This document shows, one piece after another, positions 22,090 to 33,937 of a stretch of 64,000 nt of DNA (position 1 is its first letter; every line of letters begins with the position of its first letter). The stretch lies in assembly GCA_902586925.1 (NCBI GenBank), contig CACIJE010000001.1:590104-654103 (forward strand), in the 5' to 3' direction. This stretch comes from an uncultured SAR86 cluster bacterium. GTDB taxonomy: Bacteria; Pseudomonadota; Gammaproteobacteria; Magnimaribacterales; D2472. The notes under the pieces are model-generated. The model was not told the DNA's origin. It did no database searches and was given only the letters and a program-made list of their open reading frames with translations. The translations under genes were made by a program, and so were the position numbers.

Positions 22090-22356
22090 ATGAAATCAAC
22101 TAATCCGAGAATATTATCAGGAGTTGTAACCAGCAATAAAGCTGATAAGACTATAACTGTAAAAATCGAAAGGAAAGTAAAACATCCTTTTTATGGCAAA
22201 GTTATTAAAAGAGCAAGTAATGTTCATGCACATGACGAAAATAATATTGCCAATATTGGAGATATTGTCTCGGTCAAAGAATGCAGACCTATTTCAAAAA
22301 CAAAAACATGGATTTTAATAACTGACAATAAATCAGAAACACTGGAGAGCAAATAA
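22090..22356 (+). CDS. rpsQ: 30S ribosomal protein S17
   Basis: 88 aa with S17-like sequence. Conserved position. Confidence 0.95.
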   Translation: MKSTNPRILSGVVTSNKADKTITVKIERKVKHPFYGKVIKRASNVHAHDENNIANIGDIVSVKECRPISKTKTWILITDNKSETLESK

Positions 22357-22724
22357 TGATTCAAATGCAATCACTATTAAAAATTGCAGACAATAGCGGT
22401 GCTAGGAGCGTTATGTGTATCAAAGTTTTGGGTGGCTCAAAAAGAAGATATGCGAATATAGGTGATGTTATAAAGGTTGCTATTCGTGAAGCTATTCCGA
22501 CCGGAAAAGTTAAAAAAGGACAAGTTGTTGATGCTCTTATAGTTCGCTCAAGGAAAGGGGTCAGAAGAAGAGACGGCTCTCTTATAAAGTTTGATGAAAA
22601 TGCAGCAGTTCTTATAAATGCCCAAAAAGCCCCAATTGGTACTAGAGTATTTGGACCTGTTACGAGAGAGTTAAGAGATGGAAAGCACATGAAAATATTA
22701 TCCTTAGCACCAGAGGTTTTGTAA
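22356..22724 (+). CDS. rplN: 50S ribosomal protein L14
   Basis: 122 aa. [18 protein letters not shown]-terminus. Overlaps the rpsQ stop by 1 nt. Confidence 0.98.
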   Translation: MIQMQSLLKIADNSGARSVMCIKVLGGSKRRYANIGDVIKVAIREAIPTGKVKKGQVVDALIVRSRKGVRRRDGSLIKFDENAAVLINAQKAPIGTRVFGPVTRELRDGKHMKILSLAPEVL

Positions 22725-22725
22725 C

Positions 22726-23061
22726 ATGAGTAATAATACTATTTCAACAAAACTTAGATCTGGAGACGAAGTAATTATCATTGCTGGAAAGGACATTGGT
22801 AAAAAGGGCACCTTGCGAGAGATTGTGAGAAATAAAAATAAAGCAATAGTCAGTGGAATTAATATGGTTAAAAAACATACAAAACCAAATCCAGAAATGG
22901 GTGTAACTGGCGGTGTAGTTGAACAAGAAGCTGCAATATCGTTATCAAATTTAGCAATATGGAACCCGAAAACTAAAGCTAAAGACAAAATCTCATATTC
23001 AAGAAATAAAGACGGAGAAAAAATAAGACTTTATAAGTCAGACGGAGCTGAAATAAAATAA
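22726..23061 (+). CDS. rplX: 50S ribosomal protein L24
   Basis: 111 aa with KOW motif [16 protein letters not shown]. Confidence 0.96.
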   Translation: MSNNTISTKLRSGDEVIIIAGKDIGKKGTLREIVRNKNKAIVSGINMVKKHTKPNPEMGVTGGVVEQEAAISLSNLAIWNPKTKAKDKISYSRNKDGEKIRLYKSDGAEIK

Positions 23062-23600
23062 TGGCAAACTTAAAAGAAAGATATTACAGCGAGTTAAGAC
23101 CAGCTCTTAAGGAAGACTTGGGAATCGATAATATTATGGCAGTTCCAAGACTAACAAAAGTCGTTATTAATATGGGTGTTGGTGAAGCTGCAAATGATAA
23201 GAAGCATCTTGAGTCAGCTCTTGAAAATCTTACTGTTATTGCTGGCCAAAAACCCATTGTTACAAAAGCGAGACAGTCTGTAGCAAGCTTTAAAATTAGA
23301 GAAGGATGGCCACTTGGATGCAAAGTAACTTTAAGAGGAAGGAAAATGTATGACTTTGTAGAAAGACTAATTAAAATCGCAATTCCAAGAGAAAGAGACT
23401 TTAGAGGACTTAATCCGAAGTCTTTCGATCAACAAGGTAATTACAATTTCGGAATTAAAGAACAGATAATATTTCCTGAAATTAATTATGACAATATTGA
23501 CAATATTAGAGGTATGGACATCTGTATAAATACTTCAGCTAAAACTGTGGACCAGGCTAAGGCACTTTTGAAAGCTCTAGACTTTCCTTTTAAACAATAG
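23061..23600 (+). CDS. rplE: 50S ribosomal protein L5
   Basis: 179 aa with L5-like sequence. Conserved position. Confidence 0.97.
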   Translation: MANLKERYYSELRPALKEDLGIDNIMAVPRLTKVVINMGVGEAANDKKHLESALENLTVIAGQKPIVTKARQSVASFKIREGWPLGCKVTLRGRKMYDFVERLIKIAIPRERDFRGLNPKSFDQQGNYNFGIKEQIIFPEINYDNIDNIRGMDICINTSAKTVDQAKALLKALDFPFKQ

Positions 23601-23609
23601 GCGGGATAT

Positions 23610-23915
23610 ATGGCAAAGAAATCTATGATTGCAAGAGAAGTAAAAAGAATAAAGACAGTTGAAAAATATGCTGAGAAAAGATCCGTTTTAAAGAAATTGA
23701 TGAGTGATCAAAATTTAACAAGTGAAGAAAGGTATGAGGCAAGAATACAATTTCAAAAGCTTCCAAGAAACGCAAGTCCATCAAGAGTTGTTAGAAGATG
23801 CCAAGTAACAGGAAGACCACATGCTGTTTATAGAAAGTTTGGCCTAAGTAGAATCAAATTAAGAGAAGCTGCTATGAGGGGTGATATACCTGGATTAGTA
23901 AAATCAAGTTGGTAA
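23610..23915 (+). CDS. rpsN: 30S ribosomal protein S14 (long, non-zinc form)
   Basis: 101 aa, ends ...IPGLVKSSW as in E. coli S14. Confidence 0.97.
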   Translation: MAKKSMIAREVKRIKTVEKYAEKRSVLKKLMSDQNLTSEERYEARIQFQKLPRNASPSRVVRRCQVTGRPHAVYRKFGLSRIKLREAAMRGDIPGLVKSSW

Positions 23916-23919
23916 TATT

Positions 23920-24315
23920 ATGAGTTTTCAAGATCCCATATCAGATTGTTTAACAAGAATTAGAAACGGACTAATGCGTGGTAAAGATAAAGTTCAAATA
24001 CCATATTCAAAACTGAAATATGATTTGGTAAATGTTCTTGTTGAAGAAGGCTACCTTAAATCATGCGATAAATCTGAAAATAATGGCAAGTCAGTTATTG
24101 AAGTAGACTTAAAATATTACAATGACTCTCCAGCAATAAAAGAGCTTAAAAGAGTTAGTAAGCCTAGTTTAAGAAAATATTCTGGTGCGTCAGATCTTGA
24201 TTCAGTAAAGAGTGGACTAGGTTCATTTATTTTATCGACAAACTTAGGGTTAATGACTGACAAGGATGCTAAGGCTAAAAATGTTGGCGGTGAAATTTTG
24301 TGTGAGGTTTTTTAA
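23920..24315 (+). CDS. rpsH: 30S ribosomal protein S8
   Basis: 131 aa. DPISDCLTRIRNG N-terminus. Confidence 0.97.
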   Translation: MSFQDPISDCLTRIRNGLMRGKDKVQIPYSKLKYDLVNVLVEEGYLKSCDKSENNGKSVIEVDLKYYNDSPAIKELKRVSKPSLRKYSGASDLDSVKSGLGSFILSTNLGLMTDKDAKAKNVGGEILCEVF

Positions 24316-24863
24316 TGTCCAGAGTAGCAAAAAATCCAATTCATATTCTTGATAATGTTGATTTAAGCATTAACGAAAACATTGTTAGTGTTAAAGGGAG
24401 TAAAGGAGTACTTGAGTTTGATATACCTCAGTCAATATCTCTTGAGATAAAAGAGAACATAATTAATGTTAAATATGATGAGGCTGATCAACAATCCGTT
24501 GCTCTGGCAGGCACTACTAGATCTTTAATCAATAATATGATTATTGGTGTTACAAACGGATTTGAAAAAAAATTGGAATTAATTGGTGTTGGTTATCGTG
24601 CAAAGGCTTCAGGTAAACTTTTAGAATTAACTTTAGGTTTTTCCCATCCCGTTAAATATCAACTACCTGAGGATGTTGAAGTTGAAACACCCTCTCAGAC
24701 AGAAATAGTTTTAAAAAGCCATAATAAACAGTTATTAGGACAAGCTGCTGCTGAGATAAGAGCATTTAGACCTCCAGAGCCTTATAAAGGAAAAGGTGTT
24801 AGATATGCTGATGAACAAGTTAAGAGAAAAGAAGCTAAAAAAGCAGCTGGTGCAGGAGCTTAA
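24315..24863 (+). CDS. rplF: 50S ribosomal protein L6
   Basis: 182 aa. [10 protein letters not shown]-terminus. Conserved position. Confidence 0.97.
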   Translation: MSRVAKNPIHILDNVDLSINENIVSVKGSKGVLEFDIPQSISLEIKENIINVKYDEADQQSVALAGTTRSLINNMIIGVTNGFEKKLELIGVGYRAKASGKLLELTLGFSHPVKYQLPEDVEVETPSQTEIVLKSHNKQLLGQAAAEIRAFRPPEPYKGKGVRYADEQVKRKEAKKAAGAGA

Positions 24864-25213
24864 TGATGAATATCAAGAATACTTCAAGATTAAAAAGAGC
24901 TAAAAAAACAAGAGTTAAAATTAGAGTGCAAGATACACCAAGATTAACCGTATATAGATCGTCAAAACATTTTTATGCCCAAGTTTTTGATAGCCTTGGA
25001 TCTAAAGTTATTGTCTCAGCCTCAACTACCGAAAAGGATTTAGATGTCAAGTCCAATAATCTTGATGCTGCAGTTGTAGTAGGTAAAAAAGTTGCTGAAA
25101 GAGCATTAGAAAATGGTATTACAAAGGTTGTTTTTGATAGATCAGGCTATAAATATCATGGACGAATAAAAGCTTTAGCAGATTCTGCTAGAGAAGCAGG
25201 ATTGGAGTTTTAA
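24863..25213 (+). CDS. rplR: 50S ribosomal protein L18
   Basis: 116 aa. C-terminus [26 protein letters not shown]. Confidence 0.97.
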   Translation: MMNIKNTSRLKRAKKTRVKIRVQDTPRLTVYRSSKHFYAQVFDSLGSKVIVSASTTEKDLDVKSNNLDAAVVVGKKVAERALENGITKVVFDRSGYKYHGRIKALADSAREAGLEF

Positions 25214-25217
25214 ATAA

Positions 25218-25727
25218 ATGAATCAAGGAGATACAGTGAATAATCAACAGGTTGATGCACTTGAGGAAAAATTAGTACAAGTCAACAGAGTTGCTAAAGT
25301 TGTCAAAGGTGGGAGAATCTTTGGATTTACAGCACTTACGGTTGTTGGTGATGGTAATGGAAGGGTTGGCTTTGGAAGAGGAAAGTCAAAAGAGGTCCCA
25401 ATTGCAATTCAAAAAGCAATGGAAAATGCCAGAAGAAGTATGGTTGAGGTTGAATTGAACAATACAACATTATGGTATCCAATAAAAGCAAAACATGGTT
25501 CAGCAAACGTTTATATGCAGCCAGCATCAGAGGGAACTGGTATTATTGCTGGAGGTGCCATGAGAGCTGTTCTTGAACTCGCTGGTGTCCAAAATGTGCT
25601 TGCTAAATGTTATGGATCTACCAATCCAGTAAATGTTGTTAGAGCTACTATCAATGCTTTAAGTCAAATGGAATCTCCAGAAACTGTTGCTGCAAGAAGA
25701 GGAAAAAAAATTGAAGAAATATCATGA
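25218..25727 (+). CDS. rpsE: 30S ribosomal protein S5
   Basis: 169 aa. [18 protein letters not shown] motif. Confidence 0.98.
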   Translation: MNQGDTVNNQQVDALEEKLVQVNRVAKVVKGGRIFGFTALTVVGDGNGRVGFGRGKSKEVPIAIQKAMENARRSMVEVELNNTTLWYPIKAKHGSANVYMQPASEGTGIIAGGAMRAVLELAGVQNVLAKCYGSTNPVNVVRATINALSQMESPETVAARRGKKIEEIS

Positions 25728-25912
25728 ATAAAGAGAAGACAATTAATATCAAACTAGTCAAAAGCGGAATCGGAAGAATGAGAAATCATAAACTTTGTAT
25801 TAAAGGTCTTGGGTTTAAAAAATTAAATCAAACAGTCTCTGTTTTAGATACTCCTAGTAACAGAGGAATGATAAAAAAAATATCAGATATGGTTGAAATA
25901 CAAGAAAATTAA
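25724..25912 (+). CDS. rpmD: 50S ribosomal protein L30
   Basis: 62 aa. Conserved position between S5 and L15. Confidence 0.93.
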   Translation: MNKEKTINIKLVKSGIGRMRNHKLCIKGLGFKKLNQTVSVLDTPSNRGMIKKISDMVEIQEN

Positions 25913-25943
25913 AATGAACGATAATAAAGAAACTAAAATTTCA

Positions 25944-26426
25944 ATGGCACTTAACTCGATTTCAAATGAGGGAACTGTAAAAAATAAAAAAAGAGTTGGT
26001 AGAGGAATAGGCTCAGGTTCTGGAAAAACAGCTGGAAGAGGGCATAAAGGTCAAAAATCAAGATCCGGGGGAAATATTCGACAAGGATTTGAAGGTGGGC
26101 AAATGCCTCTTCAAATGAGGCTGCCTAAGTTTGGATTTTCTTCAAGAGTAAACAATAATTTTAAAGAGATAAATATTAAAAATATAAAAGGGATGAAGCT
26201 AGTAAACTTAGAGACTCTTAAAGAAAAAAAATTAATAAGTAAGTCTGTAAAAAAAGCAAAAATTTTTGGGAATTCAGAAATAGAAACAAAAGTTACGGTA
26301 GAAGGAATAGCTTTGACAAATGGAGCAAGAGTATCTATTGAGAATGCTGGCGGAAAGATCATTAACGACAAGGGAAATAAAAAAGTTACTGAAAATAAAG
26401 ATAATAGTGAGGAAAGTGCGAAGTAA
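25944..26426 (+). CDS. rplO: 50S ribosomal protein L15
   Basis: GRGIGSGSGKTAGRGHKGQKSRSGG motif. I prefer ATG 25944 (MALNSISNEG...) because it aligns with the E. coli/Pseudomonas L15 N-terminus. ATG 25914 and TTG 25893 are in-frame alternatives. Confidence 0.9.
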   Translation: MALNSISNEGTVKNKKRVGRGIGSGSGKTAGRGHKGQKSRSGGNIRQGFEGGQMPLQMRLPKFGFSSRVNNNFKEINIKNIKGMKLVNLETLKEKKLISKSVKKAKIFGNSEIETKVTVEGIALTNGARVSIENAGGKIINDKGNKKVTENKDNSEESAK

Positions 26427-27724
26427 TGGCTGATCAGGGTAACATGAGTGATCTTTGGAAAAGATTACGGTTTGTATTCTTTGCAATTCTAATATATAGA
26501 ATTGGAACTCACATACCTATCCCTGGTATTGATCCAGAGAGATTGGCTTCATTATTTCAGCAGAATCAAGGAACAATTATTGAAATGTTTAATTTGTTTT
26601 CTGGTGGGGCTTTAGAGAGAATGAGTATATTTGCGCTCAACGTTGTGCCTTATATTTCCTCTGCAATTATCATGCAACTTTTTTCAAACTCAATACCTTA
26701 CTTGATTGAGCTCAAAAAAGATGGTCAAGCGGGCAGAAATAAAATAACTCAATACACAAGATATGGAACAGCAGTTTTAGCTCTTATTCAAGCATCTGCA
26801 CTTGCGGTAACTCTTTCTGCAAGTGGACTAGCATATGTTCCAGGGACATCTTTCTTTGTTTCGGCAGTTTTTTCAGTAGTAGCAGGTACTATGTTTTTAA
26901 TGTGGTTGGGAGAGCAAGTTTCTGAGAGGGGAATTGGTAACGGAATATCAATAATAATTGCAACCAGTATTTTGACTGGCATCCCTGGAGCAATTGGACA
27001 AGCTCTGGAGCAATCAAGACAGGGTGATTTGAGTATACTTCTGTTAATAGGAATTGGGCTCTTATCAATGGTTGTTATAGCGGTAGTTGTATTCATAGAA
27101 AGAGGTCAAAGAAGAATAACTGTTAATTATGCACAAAGACAACAGGGCAGAAGACTGATGCAAGCACAAGCAAGTCATCTTCCTTTCAAAGTAAATATGG
27201 CAGGAGTTATCCCAGCAATTTTTGCAAGTACATTTTTGCTATTTCCTGCATCACTCTCTACTTGGTTTAGTGAGTATGAATCTTTAGGCTTTTTACAGAG
27301 TTTTTCATTAGCACTTAATCCTGGTCAACCTTTGTATATTCTTGTATTTGCAGGACTAATAATAAGTTTTTGTTTTATTTGGTTAGCTCTTACTTTCAAT
27401 ACTAAAGATGTATCTGATAATCTTAAAAGGTCTGGTGCTTACATTGCAGGCATAAGACCAGGCGAGCAGACAGCAAATTATATTGACTCAGTACTAGCCA
27501 GACTAACAGTTTTTGGAGCTATTTATTTAACATTAATATGTTTGCTTCCATTAGCGTTGATTAATTTTGCTGGCATATCACCTACTATCTCAATCGGGGG
27601 TACCTCTGTCTTGATTATAGTTGTCGTTTTAATGGACTTTATGTCTCAGGTCCAGTCACACATGATGTCTTCACAGTATGCATCTCTTATGAAAAAGGCA
27701 AATTTAAAAAATTATAGAAGGTAA
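26426..27724 (+). CDS. secY: preprotein translocase subunit SecY
   Basis: 432 aa polytopic membrane protein. Conserved position after rplO. Confidence 0.98.
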   Translation: MADQGNMSDLWKRLRFVFFAILIYRIGTHIPIPGIDPERLASLFQQNQGTIIEMFNLFSGGALERMSIFALNVVPYISSAIIMQLFSNSIPYLIELKKDGQAGRNKITQYTRYGTAVLALIQASALAVTLSASGLAYVPGTSFFVSAVFSVVAGTMFLMWLGEQVSERGIGNGISIIIATSILTGIPGAIGQALEQSRQGDLSILLLIGIGLLSMVVIAVVVFIERGQRRITVNYAQRQQGRRLMQAQASHLPFKVNMAGVIPAIFASTFLLFPASLSTWFSEYESLGFLQSFSLALNPGQPLYILVFAGLIISFCFIWLALTFNTKDVSDNLKRSGAYIAGIRPGEQTANYIDSVLARLTVFGAIYLTLICLLPLALINFAGISPTISIGGTSVLIIVVVLMDFMSQVQSHMMSSQYASLMKKANLKNYRR

Positions 27725-27725
27725 T

Positions 27726-27842
27726 ATGAAAGTTAAAGCATCAGTCAAAAAAATTTGTAGAAACTGTAAGATCGTCAGAAGAAATGGCGTGCTATATGTA
27801 ATATGTAGCTCAGACCCTAAACACAAGCAAAGGCAAGGATAA
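27726..27842 (+). CDS. rpmJ: 50S ribosomal protein L36
   Basis: Hand-translated: [38 protein letters not shown] (38 aa, C-C-C-H zinc ribbon). It falls below the ORF-track size cut-off. Confidence 0.95.
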   Translation: MKVKASVKKICRNCKIVRRNGVLYVICSSDPKHKQRQG

Positions 27843-27847
27843 TAATT

Positions 27848-28204
27848 ATGGCAAGAATAGCAGGCGTCAATATTCCCGAAAATAAACACATCGAGATTTC
27901 TTTGACACACATTTTTGGAATTGGTAGAAAAACAGCCCAAGATATTTGTGTTGATCTTAAAATTGATTACACCAGAAAGATTTCAGACCTATCTGAGGAA
28001 GAAATCGAAAATATTAGAGGCGCAATTGCTAATTATACTGTTGAGGGAGACCTTAGAAGAAACATTAGCACAAACATAAAAAGGCTGCAGGATTTAGCAA
28101 GTTATAGAGGTATTAGACATAGAAGAAAATTACCTACGAGAGGACAAAATACAAAAAATAATGCGAGAACAAGAAAAGGCCCTAAAAAGCCAATGAGAGG
28201 ATAA
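27848..28204 (+). CDS. rpsM: 30S ribosomal protein S13
   Basis: 118 aa. [11 protein letters not shown]-terminus. Confidence 0.98.
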   Translation: MARIAGVNIPENKHIEISLTHIFGIGRKTAQDICVDLKIDYTRKISDLSEEEIENIRGAIANYTVEGDLRRNISTNIKRLQDLASYRGIRHRRKLPTRGQNTKNNARTRKGPKKPMRG

Positions 28205-28206
28205 AT

Positions 28207-28584
28207 ATGGCTGTTAAAGGAAAAAAGAATAAAAAAATTGTTACTGATGGTGTGGCTCATATCCATTCGTCATTTAATAACACCATAGTAACAATTACTG
28301 ATAAACAAGGTAATACCATATGTTGGGCAACATCAGGTGGTTCTGGGTTTAAAGGCTCAAGGAAAAGTACTCCTTTTGCAGCTCAAATTGCAGCAGATAA
28401 AGCTGGAAATGCTGCTAAAGAATTTGGAATGATCAACCTTGATGTAAAAGTTAAAGGGCCTGGTGGTGGAAGAGAGTCTGCGATCAGATCTTTAAACGCT
28501 TGTGGTTTAAAAATTAAAAGTATTACTGATGTGACACCACTCCCACACAATGGGTGTAGACCATCTAAGAAAAGACGAGTTTAA
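28207..28584 (+). CDS. rpsK: 30S ribosomal protein S11
   Basis: 125 aa. C-terminus [18 protein letters not shown]. Confidence 0.98.
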   Translation: MAVKGKKNKKIVTDGVAHIHSSFNNTIVTITDKQGNTICWATSGGSGFKGSRKSTPFAAQIAADKAGNAAKEFGMINLDVKVKGPGGGRESAIRSLNACGLKIKSITDVTPLPHNGCRPSKKRRV

Positions 28585-28595
28585 AGGAGAAGTAA

Positions 28596-29216
28596 ATGGC
28601 AAGATACAGAGGACCATCATTAAGACTTTCTAGAAGGGAAGGAACAGACTTATTTTTAAAAAGTGGCGTTAGAGCAATTGAGTCTAAATGTAATATGGAT
28701 ACTCTCCCTGGCGTCCATGGCGCAAGGAGAGGAAGATTATCAGACTATGGACTGCAATTGAGGGAAAAACAGAAGGTTAGAAGAATGTATGGAATATTAG
28801 AAAAACAATTTAGAAATTACTATAAAAAAGCTGCCTCATCCAAAGGAAATACTGGCGAGAATCTTTTGTCGTTGTTAGAAAAAAGATTAGATAATGTTGT
28901 CTATAGAATGGGTTTTGGTTCAACAAGAGCTGAAGCACGTCAAATGGTTTCTCATAAGGCATTCATGGTTAATGGAAAAGTTGTAAATATTCCCTCATAT
29001 CAAGTGCAACCAGGTGATGAAATTGAAGTTAGAGAATCTAAAAGAGGACATTTGAGGATTGCAGCTGCATTAAAAATTGCTGAAAACAGAGAAGAATGTG
29101 ATTGGCTAGAGGTAGATGAAAAAAACTTTAAAGGTGTATTTAAGTCTGTTCCTGATAGAACTGATTTGAGTACTGAAATTAACGAAAATCTTATTGTTGA
29201 GCTTTACTCAAAATAA
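28596..29216 (+). CDS. rpsD: 30S ribosomal protein S4
   Basis: 206 aa. [17 protein letters not shown]-terminus. Confidence 0.98.
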   Translation: MARYRGPSLRLSRREGTDLFLKSGVRAIESKCNMDTLPGVHGARRGRLSDYGLQLREKQKVRRMYGILEKQFRNYYKKAASSKGNTGENLLSLLEKRLDNVVYRMGFGSTRAEARQMVSHKAFMVNGKVVNIPSYQVQPGDEIEVRESKRGHLRIAAALKIAENREECDWLEVDEKNFKGVFKSVPDRTDLSTEINENLIVELYSK

Positions 29217-29238
29217 AAGTATAAAGGCGGAGAAAATT

Positions 29239-30204
29239 ATGCAAACATCAGTAATAGATCTATTAGTACCAACTGAAATACAGGTAGACGATGTCTCACC
29301 TACACTGTCAAAAGTAACACTTGAGCCTCTTGAAAGAGGTTTTGGACATACTCTTGGAAATGCTTTGAGAAGAATTTTGCTTTCTTCAATGCCTGGCGCA
29401 GCTGTAACGGATGTTTCTATAGAAGGTATATCACATGAATATAGCACTATAGAGGGAGTAAGAGAGGATGTGATTGATATACTTCTAAATATTAAGGATA
29501 TGCCAATTAATTTAATCGAAGGTGACTCGGCTGAGGTAACATTGGATATAAAAGGTCCATGTGATGTACTGGCTTCATCTTTTGATGTGCCTGGAAATGT
29601 TGAGCTTGTTAATCAAGATTTTCATATTGCTACTATAGTTGATAAAGTCAGTCTCAAAATGACTCTAACTGTAAGAAACGGAAGAGGGTATGAACCAGCT
29701 GATTTAAGAGAAGATGAGGACAGAGTAGTTGGAGCTTTAAAGGTTGATGCTTCATTTAGTCCTGTAAGAAGAGTTTCCTATACAGTAGATAATGCAAGAT
29801 CAGGAAAAAGAACTGATTTAGATAAGTTAGTACTTGAATTAGAAACTGATGGAACTTTGGATCCAAAAATGGCAATAGAACACTCAGCTACAATATTACA
29901 ACAACAGCTTGGCGCATTTGTTGACTTAGATGCTATCGCTGAACAAGAAGCCAAAAAGGATCAAAATGATTTTGATCCAATACTGCTTAGATCAATAGAA
30001 GAACTCGAATTAACAGTAAGATCTACGAATTGTTTAAAAGCTGAAAGTATTTTTCTCATTGGTGATCTTATTCATAGATCTGAGTTTGATTTATTGAAGA
30101 CTCCAAACTTGGGAAAAAAATCTTTAAATGAAATTAAAGATGTTTTAGCTTCTAAGGAACTCTCTCTTGGTATGAATGTTGAAAATTGGCCACCTGTAGG
30201 ATAA
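29239..30204 (+). CDS. rpoA: DNA-directed RNA polymerase subunit alpha
   Basis: The ORF track starts at 29194. I use ATG 29239 (MQTSVIDLL...) because GGAG lies upstream and it aligns with E. coli Rpo[27 protein letters not shown] motif. Confidence 0.96.
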   Translation: MQTSVIDLLVPTEIQVDDVSPTLSKVTLEPLERGFGHTLGNALRRILLSSMPGAAVTDVSIEGISHEYSTIEGVREDVIDILLNIKDMPINLIEGDSAEVTLDIKGPCDVLASSFDVPGNVELVNQDFHIATIVDKVSLKMTLTVRNGRGYEPADLREDEDRVVGALKVDASFSPVRRVSYTVDNARSGKRTDLDKLVLELETDGTLDPKMAIEHSATILQQQLGAFVDLDAIAEQEAKKDQNDFDPILLRSIEELELTVRSTNCLKAESIFLIGDLIHRSEFDLLKTPNLGKKSLNEIKDVLASKELSLGMNVENWPPVG

Positions 30205-30206
30205 GT

Positions 30207-30617
30207 ATGAGACATAAAAAATCAGGAAGAAAATTTAATAGAAATTCGGCTCATAGAAAAGCCTTGTTCAAAAATCTAGCAATTGCATTGATTGATAAGG
30301 CTATTATTAAAACAACTCTTCCAAAGGCAAAGGAACTTAGAAGGTTTATTGAACCCTTAATCACGATCGGTAAAGATGATAATGTTGCCAACAGAAGACT
30401 TGTATTTAGTAGGCTTAGATCTGATGAATCTGTAAATAAACTTTTTACAGAAGTCTCTGTTAATGCTATGGATAGAAATGGAGGATATACAAGAATAATA
30501 AAAGCAGGCTTTAGGCCTGGTGATAAAGCAGATATGGCTTTTATTGAACTTGTAGACAGAAAGCTAGAAGAAGAAACAGCTGAACCCGAATTAAAAGAAA
30601 AAGAATCTGCAGCTTAA
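30207..30617 (+). CDS. rplQ: 50S ribosomal protein L17
   Basis: The ORF track starts at 30186. ATG 30207 gives [17 protein letters not shown], matching the E. coli L17 N-terminus. Confidence 0.96.
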   Translation: MRHKKSGRKFNRNSAHRKALFKNLAIALIDKAIIKTTLPKAKELRRFIEPLITIGKDDNVANRRLVFSRLRSDESVNKLFTEVSVNAMDRNGGYTRIIKAGFRPGDKADMAFIELVDRKLEEETAEPELKEKESAA

Positions 30618-33433
30618 TTCAAAAGCTCATTTAGAAACTTTCCCGTAAATGATTTTTTTACTTTTGCAACATCTTCAGGAGTTCCTTCTGCGACAATTTC
30701 TCCCCCATCTGTCCCACCCTCAGGACCAAGATCAATAATCCAGTCAGATGTCTTTATGACATCAAGATTATGCTCAATGACAACAACTGTATTTCCTTGT
30801 TCTTTTAATCTATTTAAAACTCTCAAAAGAAGTTCAATATCTGCAAAGTGAAGTCCTGTTGTAGGCTCGTCCAAAATAAAAAGAGTCTTACCAGTACTTC
30901 TTTTAGATAATTCTTTAGCTAATTTTATTCTTTGCGCTTCACCTCCCGATAACGTTAATGCTGACTGACCAAGTGTTATATATCCAAGACCAACATCATT
31001 GAGTGTTAACAACTTATTTTTAATAGCAGGATGAGCATCAAAGAAACTTAACGCATCTTCGACTGTCATATCTAAAATGTCACTTATATTTTTATCTTTA
31101 TATTTGATTTCAAGTGTTTGTTCGTTATATCTTTTACCATCACATACGTCACACTTTACATATACGTCAGCAAGGAAATGCATCTCAACTTTTATCATGC
31201 CATCACCTTGACATGCCTCACATCTTCCACCCTTAACATTAAAACTAAATCTCCCAGGTTTATAGCCTCTTGATCTTGCTTCAACAGTTTGAGACAAAAG
31301 ATCTCTTATGTGAGAGAAAAGGCCAGTATATGTTGCTGGATTTGATCTGGGTGTTCTTCCAATAGGCGATTGATCAATATTAATAACTTTATCTAGATTT
31401 TCTAATCCCTCAATTTTTTCACATTTAATTTCTTTTGAAAGTTTAGATTTATTTAATATAAATGAGCTTATTGGTAGAAGTGTTTGATTAATTAAAGAGG
31501 ATTTTCCTGATCCTGATACCCCTGTAATACAAGTAAACAATCCAACAGGTATGTCCACAGATATTTTTTTTAAATTATTCTCAAATGCATCAATAATCCT
31601 AATTTGTTCTTTTTTTATTTTCAGTCGTTTTTTTGGAATTTCTATTTTTCTTTTACCAGATAGATATGTTGCAGTGATAGAGTTTTTGTTTTTTAAAATT
31701 TCGTTGATGTCGCCTTGAGCACAAATTTCTCCACCGTGTTTTCCCGCGCCGGGACCAATATCTATTATATGATCAGCAGATCTTATCGCCTCTTCATCAT
31801 GTTCAACTACTATTACTGTGTTCCCAAGATTTTTTAAATTGTTAAGAGTTTTTATTAATTTTGTGTTATCTCTTTGATGAAGTCCTATCGATGGTTCATC
31901 AAGAACATATGTAACACCAACAAGCCCTGATCCTATTTGACTAGCTAATCTAATTCTTTGAGCTTCACCACCTGATAAAGTTTCTGCACTTCTGTCTAAT
32001 GTTAAGTAACTAAGGCCTACATCTTCAAGAAAAGTTAACCTATCCTTAATTTCTTTTAGTATCTTTTCTGCAATTTTAGCTTTAGATCCTTGAAGCTCCA
32101 TATTTTTTATGAAATTTAAAGAATCTGATATTTTCATTGATGTGATCTGATGAATTTGAGTATTGTTTATGAAAACATTCCTAGCATACGTATTAAGTCT
32201 TGATCCATTACATTCGTCACAGGTACTTTCAGACATAAGTTTTGCAAGGTCATCTCTCATATATTCAGAGTCAGTTTCTTTAAATCTTCTTTCAGTTGAG
32301 GGAATAACGCCTTCAAACCTATGTTTTCTAATAATTCTACTTCCACTTCTAAATCTATGAGAGAAATCAATTTTCTCTTTTGTGCCCCATAAGATTATAT
32401 CTTTTACTTTTTGAGGATGATCTTTCCATTTTGTTGTAAGAGAAAAATCAAAATGATTACTGAGGCATCTTAATTGATAATAATAAAACCTATTTCTTCT
32501 AGTCCACCCTTTAATTGCACCATTTGCAATAGAAACGTCATCATCCTGAATCAATCTTTTTTCACTGAAAAATTGAATGACTCCAAGACCATCACATTTT
32601 GGACAAGCTCCATGAGGATTATTAAACGAAAACATCCTTGGCTCTAATTCTGGTATTGAATATCCACATTGTGAGCATGAGAAATTTGAAGAGTGTAAAT
32701 TTATTAAGTTCGAGTCAATATCCTCAATTTCTACTAACCCATCTGATAACAGCAAAGATGTCTCAACAGATTCCGATATTCTAGATCTTATTTCATTACC
32801 TGATTTGATTACCAATCTATCAATTACAGCAGAAATATTATGTTTTTTATTTTTTTCCAATGTTGGAAACTCTTCAATTGGATATACGACATCATTTACC
32901 TTGACTCTTACGTAGCCACTTTTTCTAAGATCTTCGTAAACAGCAAGATGTTCTCCCTTTTTATCTCTTACAACTGGAGCCATTATCATAATTTTTGTAT
33001 TTTCTTTTAATTTTAGTATTTCATCACAAATTTCAGATACAGTTTTTGCTTTCAATTCCTCATTATGATCTGGACATCTTGGAGTTCCAATCCTTGAATA
33101 TAATAGTCTTAAATAGTCATATATCTCAGTTACAGTTCCGACAGTTGATCTTGGATTATGTGAAGTAGCCTTTTGTTCAATTGATATCGCAGGCGATAAA
33201 CCTTCAATTTGATCTACATCTGGTTTTTCCATCATCGATAGAAATCTTCTTGCATATGTCGATAATGATTCAACATATCTTCTTTGTCCTTCTGCATACA
33301 ATGTATCGAATGCTAATGAAGACTTACCAGACCCAGATAAACCTGTAATAACTATAATTTTATTTCTAGGTATTTCTAGATTTACATTCTTTAAATTATG
33401 TGTCCTTGCGCCTTTTATAAATATACTATCCAT
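30614..33433 (-). CDS. uvrA: excinuclease ABC subunit A
   Basis: 939 aa with two ABC ATPase modules ([18 protein letters not shown]) and zinc-finger cysteine clusters. Divergent from ssb as in E. coli. Confidence 0.98.
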   Translation of the reverse strand: MDSIFIKGARTHNLKNVNLEIPRNKIIVITGLSGSGKSSLAFDTLYAEGQRRYVESLSTYARRFLSMMEKPDVDQIEGLSPAISIEQKATSHNPRSTVGTVTEIYDYLRLLYSRIGTPRCPDHNEELKAKTVSEICDEILKLKENTKIMIMAPVVRDKKGEHLAVYEDLRKSGYVRVKVNDVVYPIEEFPTLEKNKKHNISAVIDRLVIKSGNEIRSRISESVETSLLLSDGLVEIEDIDSNLINLHSSNFSCSQCGYSIPELEPRMFSFNNPHGACPKCDGLGVIQFFSEKRLIQDDDVSIANGAIKGWTRRNRFYYYQLRCLSNHFDFSLTTKWKDHPQKVKDIILWGTKEKIDFSHRFRSGSRIIRKHRFEGVIPSTERRFKETDSEYMRDDLAKLMSESTCDECNGSRLNTYARNVFINNTQIHQITSMKISDSLNFIKNMELQGSKAKIAEKILKEIKDRLTFLEDVGLSYLTLDRSAETLSGGEAQRIRLASQIGSGLVGVTYVLDEPSIGLHQRDNTKLIKTLNNLKNLGNTVIVVEHDEEAIRSADHIIDIGPGAGKHGGEICAQGDINEILKNKNSITATYLSGKRKIEIPKKRLKIKKEQIRIIDAFENNLKKISVDIPVGLFTCITGVSGSGKSSLINQTLLPISSFILNKSKLSKEIKCEKIEGLENLDKVINIDQSPIGRTPRSNPATYTGLFSHIRDLLSQTVEARSRGYKPGRFSFNVKGGRCEACQGDGMIKVEMHFLADVYVKCDVCDGKRYNEQTLEIKYKDKNISDILDMTVEDALSFFDAHPAIKNKLLTLNDVGLGYITLGQSALTLSGGEAQRIKLAKELSKRSTGKTLFILDEPTTGLHFADIELLLRVLNRLKEQGNTVVVIEHNLDVIKTSDWIIDLGPEGGTDGGEIVAEGTPEDVAKVKKSFTGKFLNELLN

Positions 33434-33499
33434 TGGATAAAAAATTCCGTGATGAAAAAAATAAATTAGGTTAAACTTTCTATATTATAAGAGGTTATT

Positions 33500-33937
33500 A
33501 TGAGCAGAGGTGTAAATAAAGTAATTTTAGTTGGCAATTTAGGCCAGAAACCGGAAATGAGGTACACAGCTACCCAAACAGCAGTTGCAAATCTTTCAAT
33601 AGCTACAAGAGAGTCATGGAAAGACAAAGAAAGTGGAGAAAATAGAGATAAAACTGAATGGCATCGAGTTGTATTTTTTGGAAGCTTGGCTGAGATTGCT
33701 GAAAAATATCTTGATAAGGGTTCTAGTGTATATGTTGAAGGAAAAATACAAACAAGAAAATGGCAAGACAAAGACGGAAATGATAGATATACAACTGAAG
33801 TTTTGGGAAATCAGCTTACAATGTTAGGATCAAGGAGTTCATCAGATTCTTCAAATCAAACAGATAATTCTAGCAACACACCTTTCCCAGATGATGATAG
33901 TGGAGAGGGCTTATCTGATGATGATATTCCATTTTAG
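33500..33937 (+). CDS. ssb: single-stranded DNA-binding protein
   Basis: 145 aa. OB-fold N-terminus [15 protein letters not shown] and acidic C-terminal tip DDDIPF. Confidence 0.97.
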   Translation: MSRGVNKVILVGNLGQKPEMRYTATQTAVANLSIATRESWKDKESGENRDKTEWHRVVFFGSLAEIAEKYLDKGSSVYVEGKIQTRKWQDKDGNDRYTTEVLGNQLTMLGSRSSSDSSNQTDNSSNTPFPDDDSGEGLSDDDIPF

